From contig NIVC01003755.1 of assembly GCA_002269645.1 (NCBI GenBank), forward strand, positions 1 to 64,000: a DNA stretch of 64,000 bases, in the 5' to 3' direction. The position numbers and the translations under genes are program-made. The first letter of the stretch is position 1. Every line of letters starts with the position of its first letter. This DNA comes from Macrostomum lignano. Its lineage: Eukaryota. Shown piece after piece: positions 38,901 through 51,119 of this stretch. The notes beneath the pieces are model-generated. The model worked only from the letters and a program-made list of their open reading frames with translations. It had not been told where the DNA came from and made no database searches.

Positions 38901-41900
38901 CGGCAGACCCACTCTGTGGGGTGACCAGGTGTGCAATAACAGTAGAATGCCTTCAATAACAGTAGGATGCCTTCAATAACAGTAGAATGCCTTCAATAAC
39001 AGTAGGATGCCTTCAATAACAGCAGGATGCCTTCAATAACAGTAGGATGCCTTCAATAACAGTAGGATACCTTCAATAACAGTAGAATGCCTTCAATAAC
39101 AGTAGGATGCCTTCAATAACAGTAGGATGCCTTCAATAACAGTAGAATGCCTTCAATAACAGTAGGATACCTTCAATAACAGTAGAATGCCTTCAATAAC
39201 AGTAGGATACCTTCAATAACAGTAGAATGCCTTCAATAACAGTAGGATGCCTTCAATAACAGTAGAATGCCTTCAATAACAGTAGAATGCCTTCAATAAC
39301 AGTAGAATGCCTTCAATAACAGTAGGATACCTTCAATAACAGTAGAATGCCTTCAATAACAGTAGAATGCCTTCAATAAAAGTAGGATGCCTTCAATAAC
39401 AGTAGGATGCCTTCAATAACAGTAGAATGCCTTCAATAAAAGTAGGATGCCTTCAATAACAGTAGGATGCCTTCAATAACAGTAGAATGCCTTCAATAAA
39501 AGTAGGATGCCTTCAATAACAGTAGAATGCCTTCAATAAAAGTAGGATGCCTTCAATAACAGTAGGATGCCTTCAATAACAGCAGGATGCCTTCAATAAC
39601 AGCAGGATGCCTTCAATAACAGTAGGATGCCTTCAATAACAGTAGAATGCCTTCAATAACAGTAGGATGCCTTCAATAACAGTAGGATGCCTTCAATAAC
39701 AGCAGGATGCCTTCAATAACAGCAGGATGCCTTCAATAACAGCAGGATGCCTTCAATAACAGTAGAATGCCTTCAATAACAGTAGGATGCCTTCAATAAC
39801 AGTAGGATGCCTTCAATAACAGTAGAATGCCTTCAATAACAGTAGAATGCCTTCAATAACAGTAGGATGCCTTCAATAACAGTAGGATGCCTTCGATAAA
39901 GGTAGTATTGCCAGGCACTCTAAAAACAGCCAAGGAGCACAAGAGAAAAGTCCTCCGTATCTAATTATCTTGCGACTGCCTAAGGGCAAACAAAGCACAT
40001 GCCCAGTTACGCTGACAAATTAGCTGTCGCTAATAACACCTGCTAATTGATGACATTGCCTCTTCGGGGTCTATCCGAGGTTCTCAGTACAAAAAAATAG
40101 TGCTAAAACAGAAGATGCAGACTCGGAGAATTCAGTCTGAGGATGATGATTCATTACTTACTTACAAAATTAGATAGGTGCTAATTAGTTTAATAACTAA
40201 TTAGTAAAAACTTATACATTATATTTTATTATTAGGCTAAAAAAGTGACATTACTTGTTTAAAATAAATTTTACTTTTTCTTTTTAAATCTTTTCTTCAG
40301 TTTAAAAAGCCATTGTCTTGCTTTTAGGAGGCTTGCTCTGGAGCGTTTCTTAGACATCGGGTGCCACTATGGCCGACATGCCGCCCCATCCAGTCAACAT
40401 CCCGTACTTGCAGCGGAATGGCCGCGCCCACCAAGAGCAAAATCGTTTTTTTAATATTTGAATTGAACTCAAGCAACACGAAATATTCCCCTAGAGCTGC
40501 CTATAAGAGCTGTATGCACATCCTGCTGCAGCCACCGGGGCCAATCTCTGTCAACAAGACTCAACAACGCAGATACTTGCAAGTGTTTAAATTAAATAAT
40601 TTCTCTGATACTAACGAGAGCAGCAGAGAAAGTAAACAGTTTGCCAGGGCTCAGGGTCTGACTATGTGTTGTCACAGAGTTTCGTTATAAAATAGTTCGC
40701 GCACCCAAATACCAAAAGCCGGCGCTTACACAGCATTGAAAATGGTGCCCCAGATACCACAGTGGCGCTACCAGCATTCACAGTGGCGCTACCAGCATTC
40801 ACAGTGGCGCTACCAGCATTCACAGTGGCGCGCTACCAGCATTCACAGTGGCGCGCTACCAGCATTCACAGTGGCGCGCTACCAGCATTCACAGTGGCGC
40901 GCTACCAGCATTCACAGTGGCGCGCTACCAGCATTCACAGTGGCGCGCTACCAGCATTCACAGTGGCGCGCTACCAGCATTCACAGTGGCGCGCTACCAG
41001 CATTCACAGTGGCGCGCTACCAGCATTCACAGTGGCGCGCTACCAGCATTCACAGTGGCGCGCTACCAGCATTCACAGTGGCCCTACCAGCATTCACAGT
41101 AGCGCTGCCAGCATTCACAGTGGCGCTAACAGCATTCACAGTGGCGCTACCAGCATTCACAGTGGCACGCTACCAGTATTTACAGTGGTGCGCTACCAGC
41201 ATTCACAGTGGCGCGCTACCAGCATTCACAGTGGCGCGCTACCAGCATTCACAGTGGCCCTACCAGCATTCACAGTAGCGCTGCCAGCATTCACAGTGGC
41301 GCTAACAGCATTCACAGTGGCGCTACCAGCATTCACAGTGGCACGCTACCAGTATTTACAGTGGTGCGCTACCAGCATTCACAGTGGCGCGCTACCAGCA
41401 TTCACAGTGGCGCGCTACCAGCATTCACAGTGGCCCTACCAGCATTCACAGTAGCGCTGCCAGCATTTACAGTGGCGCCCCCCCCAAATATCAACCGTCA
41501 GCGCTCCCAGCAAGCATAGCTCACCTTTGCTATTTCTCCAATGGGATCAATAATTCCATGAGAATAGGATGGCGTGCTGCCGACAAGCTGAAATGAGTAA
41601 TACCACTAATAATTTATGTCAGTTACCATTAAATTCAGCACAGTACATTACACATGCTGCCATCCATTACCATGCAGGTGTTCTTATTAATAGCTGACCG
41701 CATAGCCGCAACGTCCACTCGGCCATCCGGCTTAGATGGCACGTGAACAATTCGAATCCTCAGGTAGTGAGCGGCCTGAGCAGCGAGTTTATGAAATGAA
41801 ACACAAGTTTGATAGGTGAGCTAGGCTGCATAGGTAAAAGGCGGCATACATTATTGCCTCGTCACCTTATTAGTGCCCTTGGCTAACCGGGGGGAGTTAT

Positions 41901-44900
41901 CAATAAAATCAAGGGTAAATCAAATCAAAGGGTGCATGCAAAATATTCACCTTATCAAACGCGGCATGAGCTGTGGTGGACACAATCCTGCAATGCATAA
42001 GCAACAAGTGAGAATTAAAACTAGATATTTAGACCTAAACAGAAGGATAAAGAGAGACTTTATCAAAACTACAGAATAGTAGGGCCTATTCCAGTATAGT
42101 CAGTAATACATGATTATAATTTAGAAATGCAAACAGACAGAGTCAACAGCCCTCAGTAAGCCGGCAGACGCTCAAAAAGGGGGCCGATCGAAAGACTTGA
42201 AGAGAAGAAAATTATATTTGAGCTCCCCTCAAGCGCTTATCTAATTAGACTGTCAGCCTTGGCATTGCAATGCATAATGGATGAGCACACAGTCTAGTGT
42301 ACACACAAGTACGGATTGAAATTTGAAGCTTTCTGCTGCAATTCTTAAAAAAACTAATCATCATTTGACAGAGAGGGGTGGAGTTTCGGTTTTCCGAATA
42401 TTCCCCAGCAAATTCCTGGATTATTCAGGATGTTAGCACCAAACATGGATAAGGAGGCCCTGAGAAGTCATCGCCATTTAATTACAAATGATAAACTTAA
42501 GTATTTCAGCACACTGTTTGAACATTTCCCTGGCTTGGACTAACGGCAGAGAAGCAGATTCAAGAATCAAGCGAGAGGAAAGAGAGGGCAGGAAAAGTGT
42601 AAGAACTGGTTTAGTGGGTGTGGGACAGAGGCAGGTTCAGTGAGTGTGGGACAGAGGCAGGTTCAGTGAGTGTGGGACAGAGGCAGGTTCAGTGAGTGTG
42701 GGACAGAGGCAGGTTCAGTGAGTGTGGGACAGAGGCAGGTTCAGTGGGTGTGGGACAGAGGCAGGTTCAGTGAGTGTGGGACAGAGGCAGGTTCAGTGAG
42801 TGTGGGACAGAGGCAGGTTCAGTGAGTGTGGGACAGAGGCAGGTTCAGTGAGTGTGGGACAGAGGCAGGTTCAGTGAGTGTGGGACAGAGGCAGGTTCAG
42901 TGAGTGTGGGACAGAGGCAGGTTCAGTGAGTGTGGGACAGAGGCAGGTTCAGTGAGTGTGGGACAGAGGCAGGTTCAGTGAGTGTGGGACAGAGGCAGGT
43001 TCAGTGAGTGTGGGACAGAGGCAGGTTCAGTGAGTGTGGGACAGAGGCAGGTTCAGTGAGTGTGGGACAGAGGCAGGTTCAGTGAGTGTGGGACAGAGGC
43101 AGGTTCAGTGAGTGTGGGACAGAGGCAGGTTCAGTGAGTGTGGGACAGAGGCAGGTTCAGTGAGTGTGGGACAGAGGCAGGTTCAGTGAGTGTGGGACAA
43201 ACTTCTATAGTTGTAGGAAACGTCGACATGGTGAATAATTAAGTCTTTGGCTTTACTACTCCCTAAATAAGCGAGAAAGAGACTCAGAAAATATGGGGGT
43301 AAAGCCCGTATACTCGTATTTTGAAAGGCCTAGAGCAAGGATTATAAACACTGGCCCCAGTTTAAGGCCAAAAAAGATCCGCAAATTGCGTGCCGCAAAC
43401 GAGAGAAAAAAATGAAAGAAAGTTGCGAAAGGTGAGAGGCAGATGAAACCGAAACTTTATTTTTTCAACTCATAATTTCTATCTAAACTACAGTAGCAGC
43501 CTCAGCAGCTGCAGCCAGCTGCTCAAGCAAGCACTATTCGAAGCCTTACTCAAACTAGGATTGTAGCGACCGAGCTATATTATTCAGCAAGTCTTAGTTG
43601 CTCAAGTCTGCATTATAAACAGTTAAAGCAGATCCTGAGCTCTTTTCGGGTTCAGGTTCCAACTGGGTGAATGAAAACTCAAGAAAGTTCTCTAGAAAAG
43701 TTTTAATATGATCCATCTGGAGGTTCTAAATTTCTGGATTGGAGCAGCTGGGTTGGTTTCTGGGGTTAAATGCTACAAGAAATAGGCGCTCAATTATCTA
43801 AATTTAAAAATAAACTTAAATGGGTTCTATTGGCTACTCTCATGCGGTTCTATGGGTGATTCGATTAGCTATTCTCATGGGTTCTATGGGTGATTCGATT
43901 AGCTATTCTCATGGGTTCTATGGGCGATTCGATTAGCTATTCTCATGGGTTCTATGGGTGATTCGATTAGCTATTCTCATGGGTTTCTATGGGTGATTCG
44001 ATTAGCTATTCTCATGGGTTCTATGGGCGATTCGATTAGCTATTCTCATGGGTTCTATGGGCGATTCGATTAGCTATTCTCATGGGTTCTATGGGTGATT
44101 CGATTAGCTATTCTCATGGGTTTCTATGGGTGATTCGATTAGCTATTCTCATGGGTTCTATGGGCGATTCGATTAGCTATTCTCATGGGTTCTATGGGTG
44201 ATTCGATTAGCTATTCTCATGGGTTTCTATGGGCGATTCGATTAGCTATTCTCATGGGTTCTATGGGTGATTCGATTAGCTATTCTCATGGGTTCTATGG
44301 GTGATTCGATTAGCTATTCTCATGGGTTCTATGGGTGATTCGATTAGCTATTCTCATGGGTTTCTATGGGCGATTCGATTAGCTATTCTCATGGGTTCTA
44401 TGGGTGATTCGATTAGCTATTCTCATGGGTTTCTATGGGCGATTCGATTAGCTATTCTCATGTGTTCTATGGGTGATTCGATTAGCTATTCTCATGGGTT
44501 CTATGGGTGATTCGATTAGCTATTCTCATGGGTTCTATGGGTGATTCGATTAGCTATTCTCATGGGTTTCTATGGGCGATTCGATTAGCTATTCTCATGG
44601 GTTCTATGGGCGATTCTCATGGGTTCTATGGGCGATTCTCATGGGTTCTATGGGCATTCTCATGGGTTCTATGGGCGATTCTCTTGGGTTCTATGGGCAT
44701 TCTCATGGGTTCTATGGGCGATTCTCATGGGTTCTATGGGCATTCTCATGGGTTCTATGGGCATTCTCATGGGTTCTATGGGCGATTCTCATGGGTTCTA
44801 TGGGCGATTCTCATGGGTTCTATGGGCGATTCTCATGGGTTCTATAGGCGATTCTCATGGGTTCTATGGGCGATTCTCGCGCGTGGGTTGTCCGAGCGAA

Positions 44901-47900
44901 GCATTAAAATTTTATTTACATCAGCATCAGTCCTACATTGCGCTGGACAACCCTATTTCATGGACTTTCATAAGTAATTTTCATAGAGCTCTAGGGGGAT
45001 TTAGGTGGAAATTTGCTGATTCAAATACCAGGGCAACTCTGAAAAAAAAAGCTACAGACTAAAGCACTGTTTATTCCATAAAATAATAAATTAAAATAAA
45101 TTGCCTCTGTATGTTCGAGCTCACATTTGCGGATAACGAATGCCCTTGTCGAAAGCCAGGTTTCGGTAAGCGAGACAAGCCATCAGGATGCTCTCGGTGC
45201 CTCCTGAGGTTGTCTGAAAATATTATTTAGGAATGGCATGACAAATTATTTAGCTGTCGTATTAAAGTTAATCTGAACGTGCCAAACAATGATTAATCCG
45301 CGTTTCACGGATCACGCAAAGTGAAATTCTCTGGGAACTATTAACATTTTATGCCACTAAAAAGTGTGAAGTGCCGCTCAGAAAAATATGCTTGAAATTT
45401 AACGGAAGTCAACCGTCACGCTTGCAGTCGAATCGCGTGGTGGGTTCTGGGCTGCGATCTTTGACTAACTTGATCTATCGAGTGTGGCTTTTATTATCTA
45501 ATTTATTAGTTTAAATATGCTTTCTGTGAGATCCTCAAGACTATAATTTTTGTGCCGAAAATCTTAAGTATGAGCCAAATGTAAGCTAGTCTAGATCTTA
45601 TTCTAAATAAAGACACCCTTCTGCATATAAAGACACCCAGCTCCCATACTAAAGACACCCAGCTCCCATACTAAAGACACCCATCTGCATATAAAGAAAC
45701 CCAGCTGCCATACTAAAGACACCCTTCTGCATATAAAGACACCCTTCTGCATATAAAGACACCCAGCTCCCATACTAAAAACACCCAGCTCCCATACTAA
45801 AGACACCCTTCTGCATATAAAGACACCCAGCTGCCATACTAAAGACACCCTTCTGCATATAGACACCCAGCTGCCATACTAAAGACACCCAACTCCCATA
45901 CTAAAGACACCCAGCTGCTATACTAAAGACACCCAACTCCCATACTAAAGACACCCAACTCCCATACTAAAGACACCCAACTCCCATACTAAAGACACCC
46001 AGCTGCCATACTAAAGACACCCAGCTGCCATACTAAAGACACCCAGCTGCCATACTAAAGACACCCAGCTGCCATACTAAAGACACTCAACTCCCATACT
46101 AAAGACACCCAGCTGCCATACTAAAGACACCCAACTCCCATACTAAAGACACCCAGCTCACATACTAAAAACAAGTTACAGTGACAGTCCCGACTTACTA
46201 CTCAGATGTGAGTGAGTAGTTACGCATGAAAAATAATTAAAATTTATCATTGGAGCTTCCATTTTTGCCGGGAAATTCGGTAGAAAATGCGTGAAGTGTT
46301 TCAGTTGAGAAAGTGAAACTTTCATCGAGCGCAGAAAGACACAGAAAGATAAGGACTGTAAGGACTAAGAAGAGCATGCCGCAGGTTTTAGGCTTCTAAC
46401 CAGATAAAATTGACAAAGACAGACAGAAACGCAAGCAGAGTTTGCCCGAAACCTACTAAGAAAATTTCGGGCCCAGTGACGCAGGACGAACCAAATTAGT
46501 TGCGTTTTAGTGCGGTCTGCCTCTGTCCAGTTTACTGTAATGACATTATTAACTAAAGCGCTTGCTTGCACTGAGCGAAATTTTCATTTAAGGTTAAAGC
46601 AGTTTGCGCCAGCACAAATATAGAAAACAGTGCATGCTGTTCATTGCGCTATAACGACTTTGATGACAACATAAAATAACGCGTAAAACATAAAATAATG
46701 ACCAACAAAAATCTACCCCATACCTACCTCAGCCTCAGTTTAATCACAGGTCTGAATGGCCCAAAAATCAATAAACTCCTACTTCTACCCCATCCCACGA
46801 GCCGCTGTCCAATCACAGGTCCTGGCTGGCCCAATAATCAATAAACTTATACCCCATCCCACGAGCCGCTGTCCAATCATAGGTTCTGGCTGGCCCAATA
46901 ATCCATAAACTTATACCCCATCCCACGAGCCGCTGTCCAATCACAGGTCCTGGCTGGCCCAATAATCAATAAACTTCTACCCCATCCCACGAGCCGCTGT
47001 CCAATCATAGGTTCTGGCTGGCCCAATAATCCATAAACTTATACCCCATCCCACGAGCCGCTGCCCAATCACAGGTACTGGCTGACTCAATAATCAATAA
47101 ACTTCTAGCCCATCACAAGAGCCGCTGTCCAATCACAGGTGACTCACTAGGTGGGTCTAGAGACTTGAATAAATCAAACGGAGCTTTCACTCACGCATCC
47201 GCAAGCCTCCTCGTCACCGTTGAACAGTTGACAAGTCATGCTGACCACCTCGGCCTCCATGCGGCGCACATCGTTAAATACTTCCGGATGGAGCGGATTG
47301 GTCCAGGCGAACTCTTTATATACCTGGGCGATTGTTTACAGAGTAGAATTTCATAAACTGCTTATAGATAGACAGAACCCAAACACTAAGGTAGTAACAC
47401 AAATTCTAGACCTAGCAGCTGCCTCACCTTTGCGTTCAAATCGGTGAGCTCCTCGCCGCCGTGATAGACGGTGCCAGAGACGGAGCCGTTGGTCCAATTC
47501 ACCGAGGCAGCTTTGTAGTCGGCAGCCACAGCCATGACCTCCGCCTGTGGAGATTAGAATTGGCACACAGGGATTATCTATATATGAATTAAATCATCAA
47601 AATTTTTCCTATCTGACGAGTACTGACTTACTGGAGTCATAGACTTCTTTGGTAGCTCCTTGAACACCGGATGCTTAGAACTCGAGTGGCCAGCTTCGAA
47701 TGCCTTCTTTACCTCTACAACCGACTCGCGCTTCTTTGCCTGTATCTGCTTTTTCACCGGCGGCAGCGATTTCACGAATTTAAAGAAGGACGTCCGCATT
47801 CGCTCCAACAAAGCTGCGTGGGCGGTTGAAAAAATGATTAATTGATAGATGAATTATGAATTGAATCCCAGGTGACACTCAGCAGCTACTTATAGAATTC

Positions 47901-48319
47901 CAGGTGACACTCAGCTGCTACTTATAGAATCCCAGGTGACACTCAGCAGCTACTTATAGAATCCCAGGTGACACTCAGCAGCTACTTATAGAATCCCAGG
48001 TGACACTCAGCAGCTACTTATAGAATCCCAGGTGACACTCAGCAGCTACTTATAGAATCTCAGGTGACACTCAGCAGCTACTTATAGAATCTCAGGTGAC
48101 ACTCAGAAGCTAGTATTTTAAAACAAGTAACAAAAGAAATTTTGTAATAAACTCACTATACTCAGGGTCACAGAGAAAGTTAATGATGCTGCAAAGTAAA
48201 ACTGTGGCCCCAAAAGTTATAAGACACACTGAAGCAGCATCCATTCCAGCAAATGATGCATTAGTGAAGCTTCTAGCATCCTCTAAGGCAAGCTTCATAT
48301 AGTCGAGAATTGGGTCCAT
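29926..48319 (-). CDS. SGPL1: Sphingosine-1-phosphate lyase 1 (PLP-dependent), 14 coding exons, about 543 aa
   Basis: Exons 48157-48319, 47632-47813, 47428-47544 (VSGTVYHGG), 47195-47323 ([10 protein letters not shown]...MEAEVV), 45125-45213 ([12 protein letters not shown]), 41951-41987 (TAHAAFDK), 41671-41775, 41525-41587 ([16 protein letters not shown]), 33112-33258 (HVDACLGGF...[11 protein letters not shown] lysine), 32606-32726 ([10 protein letters not shown]), 32407-32524 (GSRPG), 31732-31878, 30818-30938, 29926-30018. All GT-AG; phases join to 1632 nt with an N-terminal TM anchor. Confidence 0.96.
30055..30752. repeat. Minisatellite, 31-bp unit (ctgtagcaacccctgctgtgtccctcaccga), SGPL1 intron 13
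   Basis: Visible tandem array. Confidence 0.95.
31120..31465. repeat. Degenerate tandem of about 165-bp MITE-like units (ggggtca..gacccccttgacc.cccc..gatc), SGPL1 intron 12
   Basis: Motif at about 31127, 31274 and 31425, with shared downstream aagctcc...atataacta.gaaaa. Confidence 0.6.
31935..32392. repeat. Minisatellite, 36-bp unit (gagagcaccgaggatccatggggtgcagaggggaat), SGPL1 intron 11
   Basis: Visible tandem array; 12-aa period in spurious ORFs. Confidence 0.95.
32795..33095. repeat. Minisatellite, 44-bp unit (gagtgaggtgggtcgctgtgtacatttggattctctgacttcgg), SGPL1 intron 9
   Basis: Visible tandem array. Confidence 0.92.
34867..35027. repeat. Long inverted repeat (about 63-bp arms) centred on a CC(A)TAGA...TCTATGG mini-unit
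   Basis: tagacgaaggtcggaactcaggataatgggtgggggcac...aattcagcaacgcc (34867-34929) versus ggtgttgctgaatt...gtgcccccacccattatcctgagttccgacctttgtcta (34965-35027). Confidence 0.85.
35048..37044 (+). mobile_element. Crypton-type tyrosine recombinase DNA transposon bounded by direct TACCATAGACAAAA repeats, nested antisense in SGPL1 intron 8
   Basis: 14-bp direct repeat at 35048-35061 and 37031-37044 (18 bp with one mismatch); an inner CCATAGAC at 35110; contains the YR gene; three ggacattatcca repeats at 36925, 36945 and 36965. Confidence 0.72.
35202..36788 (+). CDS. Tyrosine recombinase (Crypton/DUF3504 family), 496 aa, join(35202..36313,36410..36788)
   Basis: [36 protein letters not shown] (DUF3504-type N-terminal region), catalytic R (GERGREHL), K (SSKTKN), HxxR (YTNHCIR) spliced via ag/gcaaat...ttttag/a to [32 protein letters not shown] (catalytic Tyr), C-terminal FVMQNCTFN. 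The spliced length of 1491 nt is an open frame; aataaa at 36914. Confidence 0.85.
38935..39900. repeat. Minisatellite, 20-bp unit (aataacagtaggatgccttc), about 48 copies, SGPL1 intron 8
   Basis: Exact 20-bp period (three units per line). Confidence 0.97.
40755..41478. repeat. Minisatellite, 21/23-bp units (gctaccagcattcacagtggc[gc]), SGPL1 intron 8
   Basis: Visible tandem array with an internal block duplication. Confidence 0.95.
42620..43198. repeat. Minisatellite, 26-bp unit (gtgggacagaggcaggttcagtgagt), SGPL1 intron 5
   Basis: Visible tandem array of about 22 copies. Confidence 0.96.
43845..44878. repeat. Compound minisatellite: 34/35-bp unit (gggttctatgggtgattcgattagctattctcat) changing to a 21/22-bp deleted unit, SGPL1 intron 5
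   Basis: Unit switch near 44600. Confidence 0.95.
45605..46165. repeat. Minisatellite, 22-bp unit (aaagacacccagctcccatact), SGPL1 intron 4
   Basis: Visible tandem array. Confidence 0.94.
46720..47140. repeat. Minisatellite, about 64-bp unit (ccccatcccacgagccgctgtccaatcacaggtcctggctggcccaataatcaataaacttata), SGPL1 intron 4
   Basis: About six degenerate copies. Confidence 0.9.
47865..48112. repeat. Minisatellite, 32-bp unit (aatcccaggtgacactcagcagctacttatag), SGPL1 intron 1
   Basis: Visible tandem array. Confidence 0.94.
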
Positions 48320-50469
48320 CTTAGTATTTGAGTTCAAATCATGAACAAAAAACCAGTAAGAGAAGTGCTTAAGAGGTTAATTATAGATTAGTAATGGAAC
48401 TAAAATTGAATAGACATACTAGTATATAATCTTTAGCATTTATAATTAAAACTTCTCTTTGAATTTATACTCTAATCCAAAATAAGAAGCTTATTTACTG
48501 ATTATACAGTATTTAGGAAAAACTAGATTAGGCTTAGAGTATTATAAAAGCATAATAATGGAATTTTTTTCTAATATTGTTGTTTATTAAACTTGTAGGT
48601 TTAATATAAATATCATATTTAGGAGCCTGCATAGGCATTAATATTTTGTTGATTTAATTATAATAGGTCTAATTTATATTTGAAAACTAATATTTATTAC
48701 CATTAGGCCTAGGTCTAACCAATTTATTTATATTATTTACTTTGAGCCTAGCTAAAAAACCTTTAGGCCTATATTAGATTTAAAAAACTATAGACTATTA
48801 GATCATATCATTTTTATTTACTCATTTAATCCCAAGTTTTATAGGGCCTTATCAAGCTATATAAGCAATAAAACATATATAGACATTAGGCCTAGTTATA
48901 TAGCACATCAATTGACAATAATATGGTTTTTTAATTACATATTATAGCCTAGGTTTAGTATATTAAACTTAAACCTTAGGCTAAGAATAAGATAGGGACT
49001 AAGCCTAGGCTATCCAGTGTAAGACCAAGACTACCACATATCAAGACCACTATACTTGGGGGAGACAGGGAAGAATTTGGCTCAATGTGTTATTGGATTG
49101 TGCTAGAGAAGAGATGAGTGGGTAGGAGAGCTAGTAGGACAAGGCTACAAAAGAGGAACCTATGAGAGGAATAGCAATGCTAGAAGATTAGTAGCTTCTC
49201 CTTAATACTAGTAACCAGTAATAGCTGTGGTAGTCTTAGTGTATGGCAGTCTTAGTCATATGCTAACTATCCTTAGAATAGAGACTTTTTCAACTTTATG
49301 TAGGCCTATATAAATTAATACTAATAGCAATTTTAATAAGATCTTCATTTTATTTCTATAGGGTTATAAGTATCAGGGGTATTTGATAGTTTCTATAGCT
49401 ATAGAAACTTGAAAGACAATATCAATAGGTGCATAGGTATAGAAATAAAAAGACAAATTGATTTAATACAGATTATAGGCCTAATGACTAGGGATTAATT
49501 AGCCTAGGTCAATTTAGGAGTCTATTATGCCTAGTTATACTTATAGCTATAGGCCTAATTCCAACATAGATGGCCTATGCTATGGCTTAAAATGTCTATG
49601 TTGACTATGTATATATGGCCTAGGCCTTAGGCCCAGGCTACTTGTCTGTCAGACAGACTAGTCTTGTCTTGTCTAGTCTTTATTAATTGGATTTGCTAAT
49701 TGGATTAACTATTTTGGATTAGCTAAGCTTCTTGAGGCTTTGAATTAAAATAGGCCTACTCGTACTTCTGCCTGGTGCATTATTTTAAGTTTAGGGGCCT
49801 AGGATACTACCTAGGAACTTGTAGCATTAGGCACTTTCCAAACTGGCTGGATCCAGTTTTATCACACGAACATTGTCGGCCTATATGCACAATACGCATG
49901 ACGCATTCACGTAGCCTAGCACTATTCCTACATTTTTATACGCGAATCAACCAGTTTAATCGAGGCTTGCTGCACTATGTAGCTACTAAGTACTTAGTGA
50001 TTCGAAATTCTAAATAACATAGAAAGTGTTTTGTCCTGTACGGAAATCATAAGAGGTGGCTGATTGCTATAACATATAGTAGCAATACATAGCAAAGATA
50101 GCAAATAGCCTACATAGCAAAAGGCAAGGCGGAAATCAGCTGATTTGTGTTGATCTCGTGGCTCTTAGACTTTGGCTTCTTGGAAATTTTAACGAACCTG
50201 AAGTATGTTCTGGTTATAACTTTTTAATTTCATTTGATTCGTAAATAATAGACTTATGTTAAGATCTTAGATTGTCCGTACAGTCAGAAAAATGTTAATT
50301 TTTTTCATCCAGAAATCAGTGCCAGTAATCAACATTTCCCAGATCTCCAGCCCCCCCCCCCCCAGTGACGCAAAATTCACAACCCGCGTCACCTCTAAAC
50401 TGTTGGTAATGCAATTTGCGTCACAAGTCTCTATAGCTTCGGCTTGTAAGGAGAGAGGGGAGCACGAGA

Positions 50470-50790
50470 GTCGCCTGTAGACGATTTGCCCGCTGGAGAC
50501 TTTCCCGTCGGGGGGGGGGGGAGGCTGCAGACAGGATCTCTGAGGCGTGGCAAAATGCACTGCAGTAAAAAAAGAATTGCGGGCAAACCTCGGCAAGAAA
50601 AAGCTCGGTGGGCAATTCACTCGCAGGCAAATTGCACTGCGGGCAAATCTCGGCAGGCAATTCTCGGCGGGAAAGCTCGACGGGCGATTCACTCGCGGGC
50701 AAAATGCACTGCGGGAAAATCTCAACGGGCAAATCTCCTGCGGGCATCTCGGCGGGCAATTTGTCTGCGGGCAATTCTCATGGACCCAAA
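50470..50790. repeat. Degenerate array of gcgggcaaa(t)/aaatgcactgc motifs, probably the interior of a non-autonomous DNA element
   Basis: Repeated short motifs without clear termini. Confidence 0.45.
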
Positions 50791-50822
50791 AATGATAAAA
50801 TGGATTCATATACTGTAGAACC

Positions 50823-51071
50823 TGTTCTGTTGTGGAATTAACGAACGCAGAAACAAGATAGATAATTATCCGGGCGCTCAGTGGCACCAAAAGAAGGGGT
50901 TGGCCAATAGGAGGGCGGCTCGTATATTTATGCACGCGGGGAAGGAAAGTTCTAGAAAGACCGGGGAAGGAAACTTCTGGAACTATGCGTAAACAAGTCC
51001 GCGGTGGAAGTTTCTAGAAACGCTGTCCCCGAACTACCCCTACGCCTCGCATGCCTTTGCAATACACAACA
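50823..51071 (-). repeat. 3' LTR (249 bp)
   Basis: Begins tgttgtg after the PPT on the minus strand and ends agaaca; matches 53245-53493. Confidence 0.95.
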
Positions 51072-51086
51072 TTCTTCCCCTCCTTC
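51072..51086 (-). other. Polypurine tract (gaaggaggggaagaa)
   Basis: Purine run directly 5' of the 3' LTR on the element strand. Confidence 0.9.
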
Positions 51087-51119
51087 AAGGAGTCCAACAG
51101 TCCCCAAGCTTCACTTTAA

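Noticed and set aside
38935-39900. CRISPR-like appearance of regular short repeats
   Set aside because: Units are head-to-tail with no unique spacers, there are no cas genes, and the context is a eukaryotic intron.
38061-40450. Possible nested host gene in SGPL1 intron 8
   Set aside because: Short GC-rich ORF patches, but no consistent splice chain or recognisable domain.
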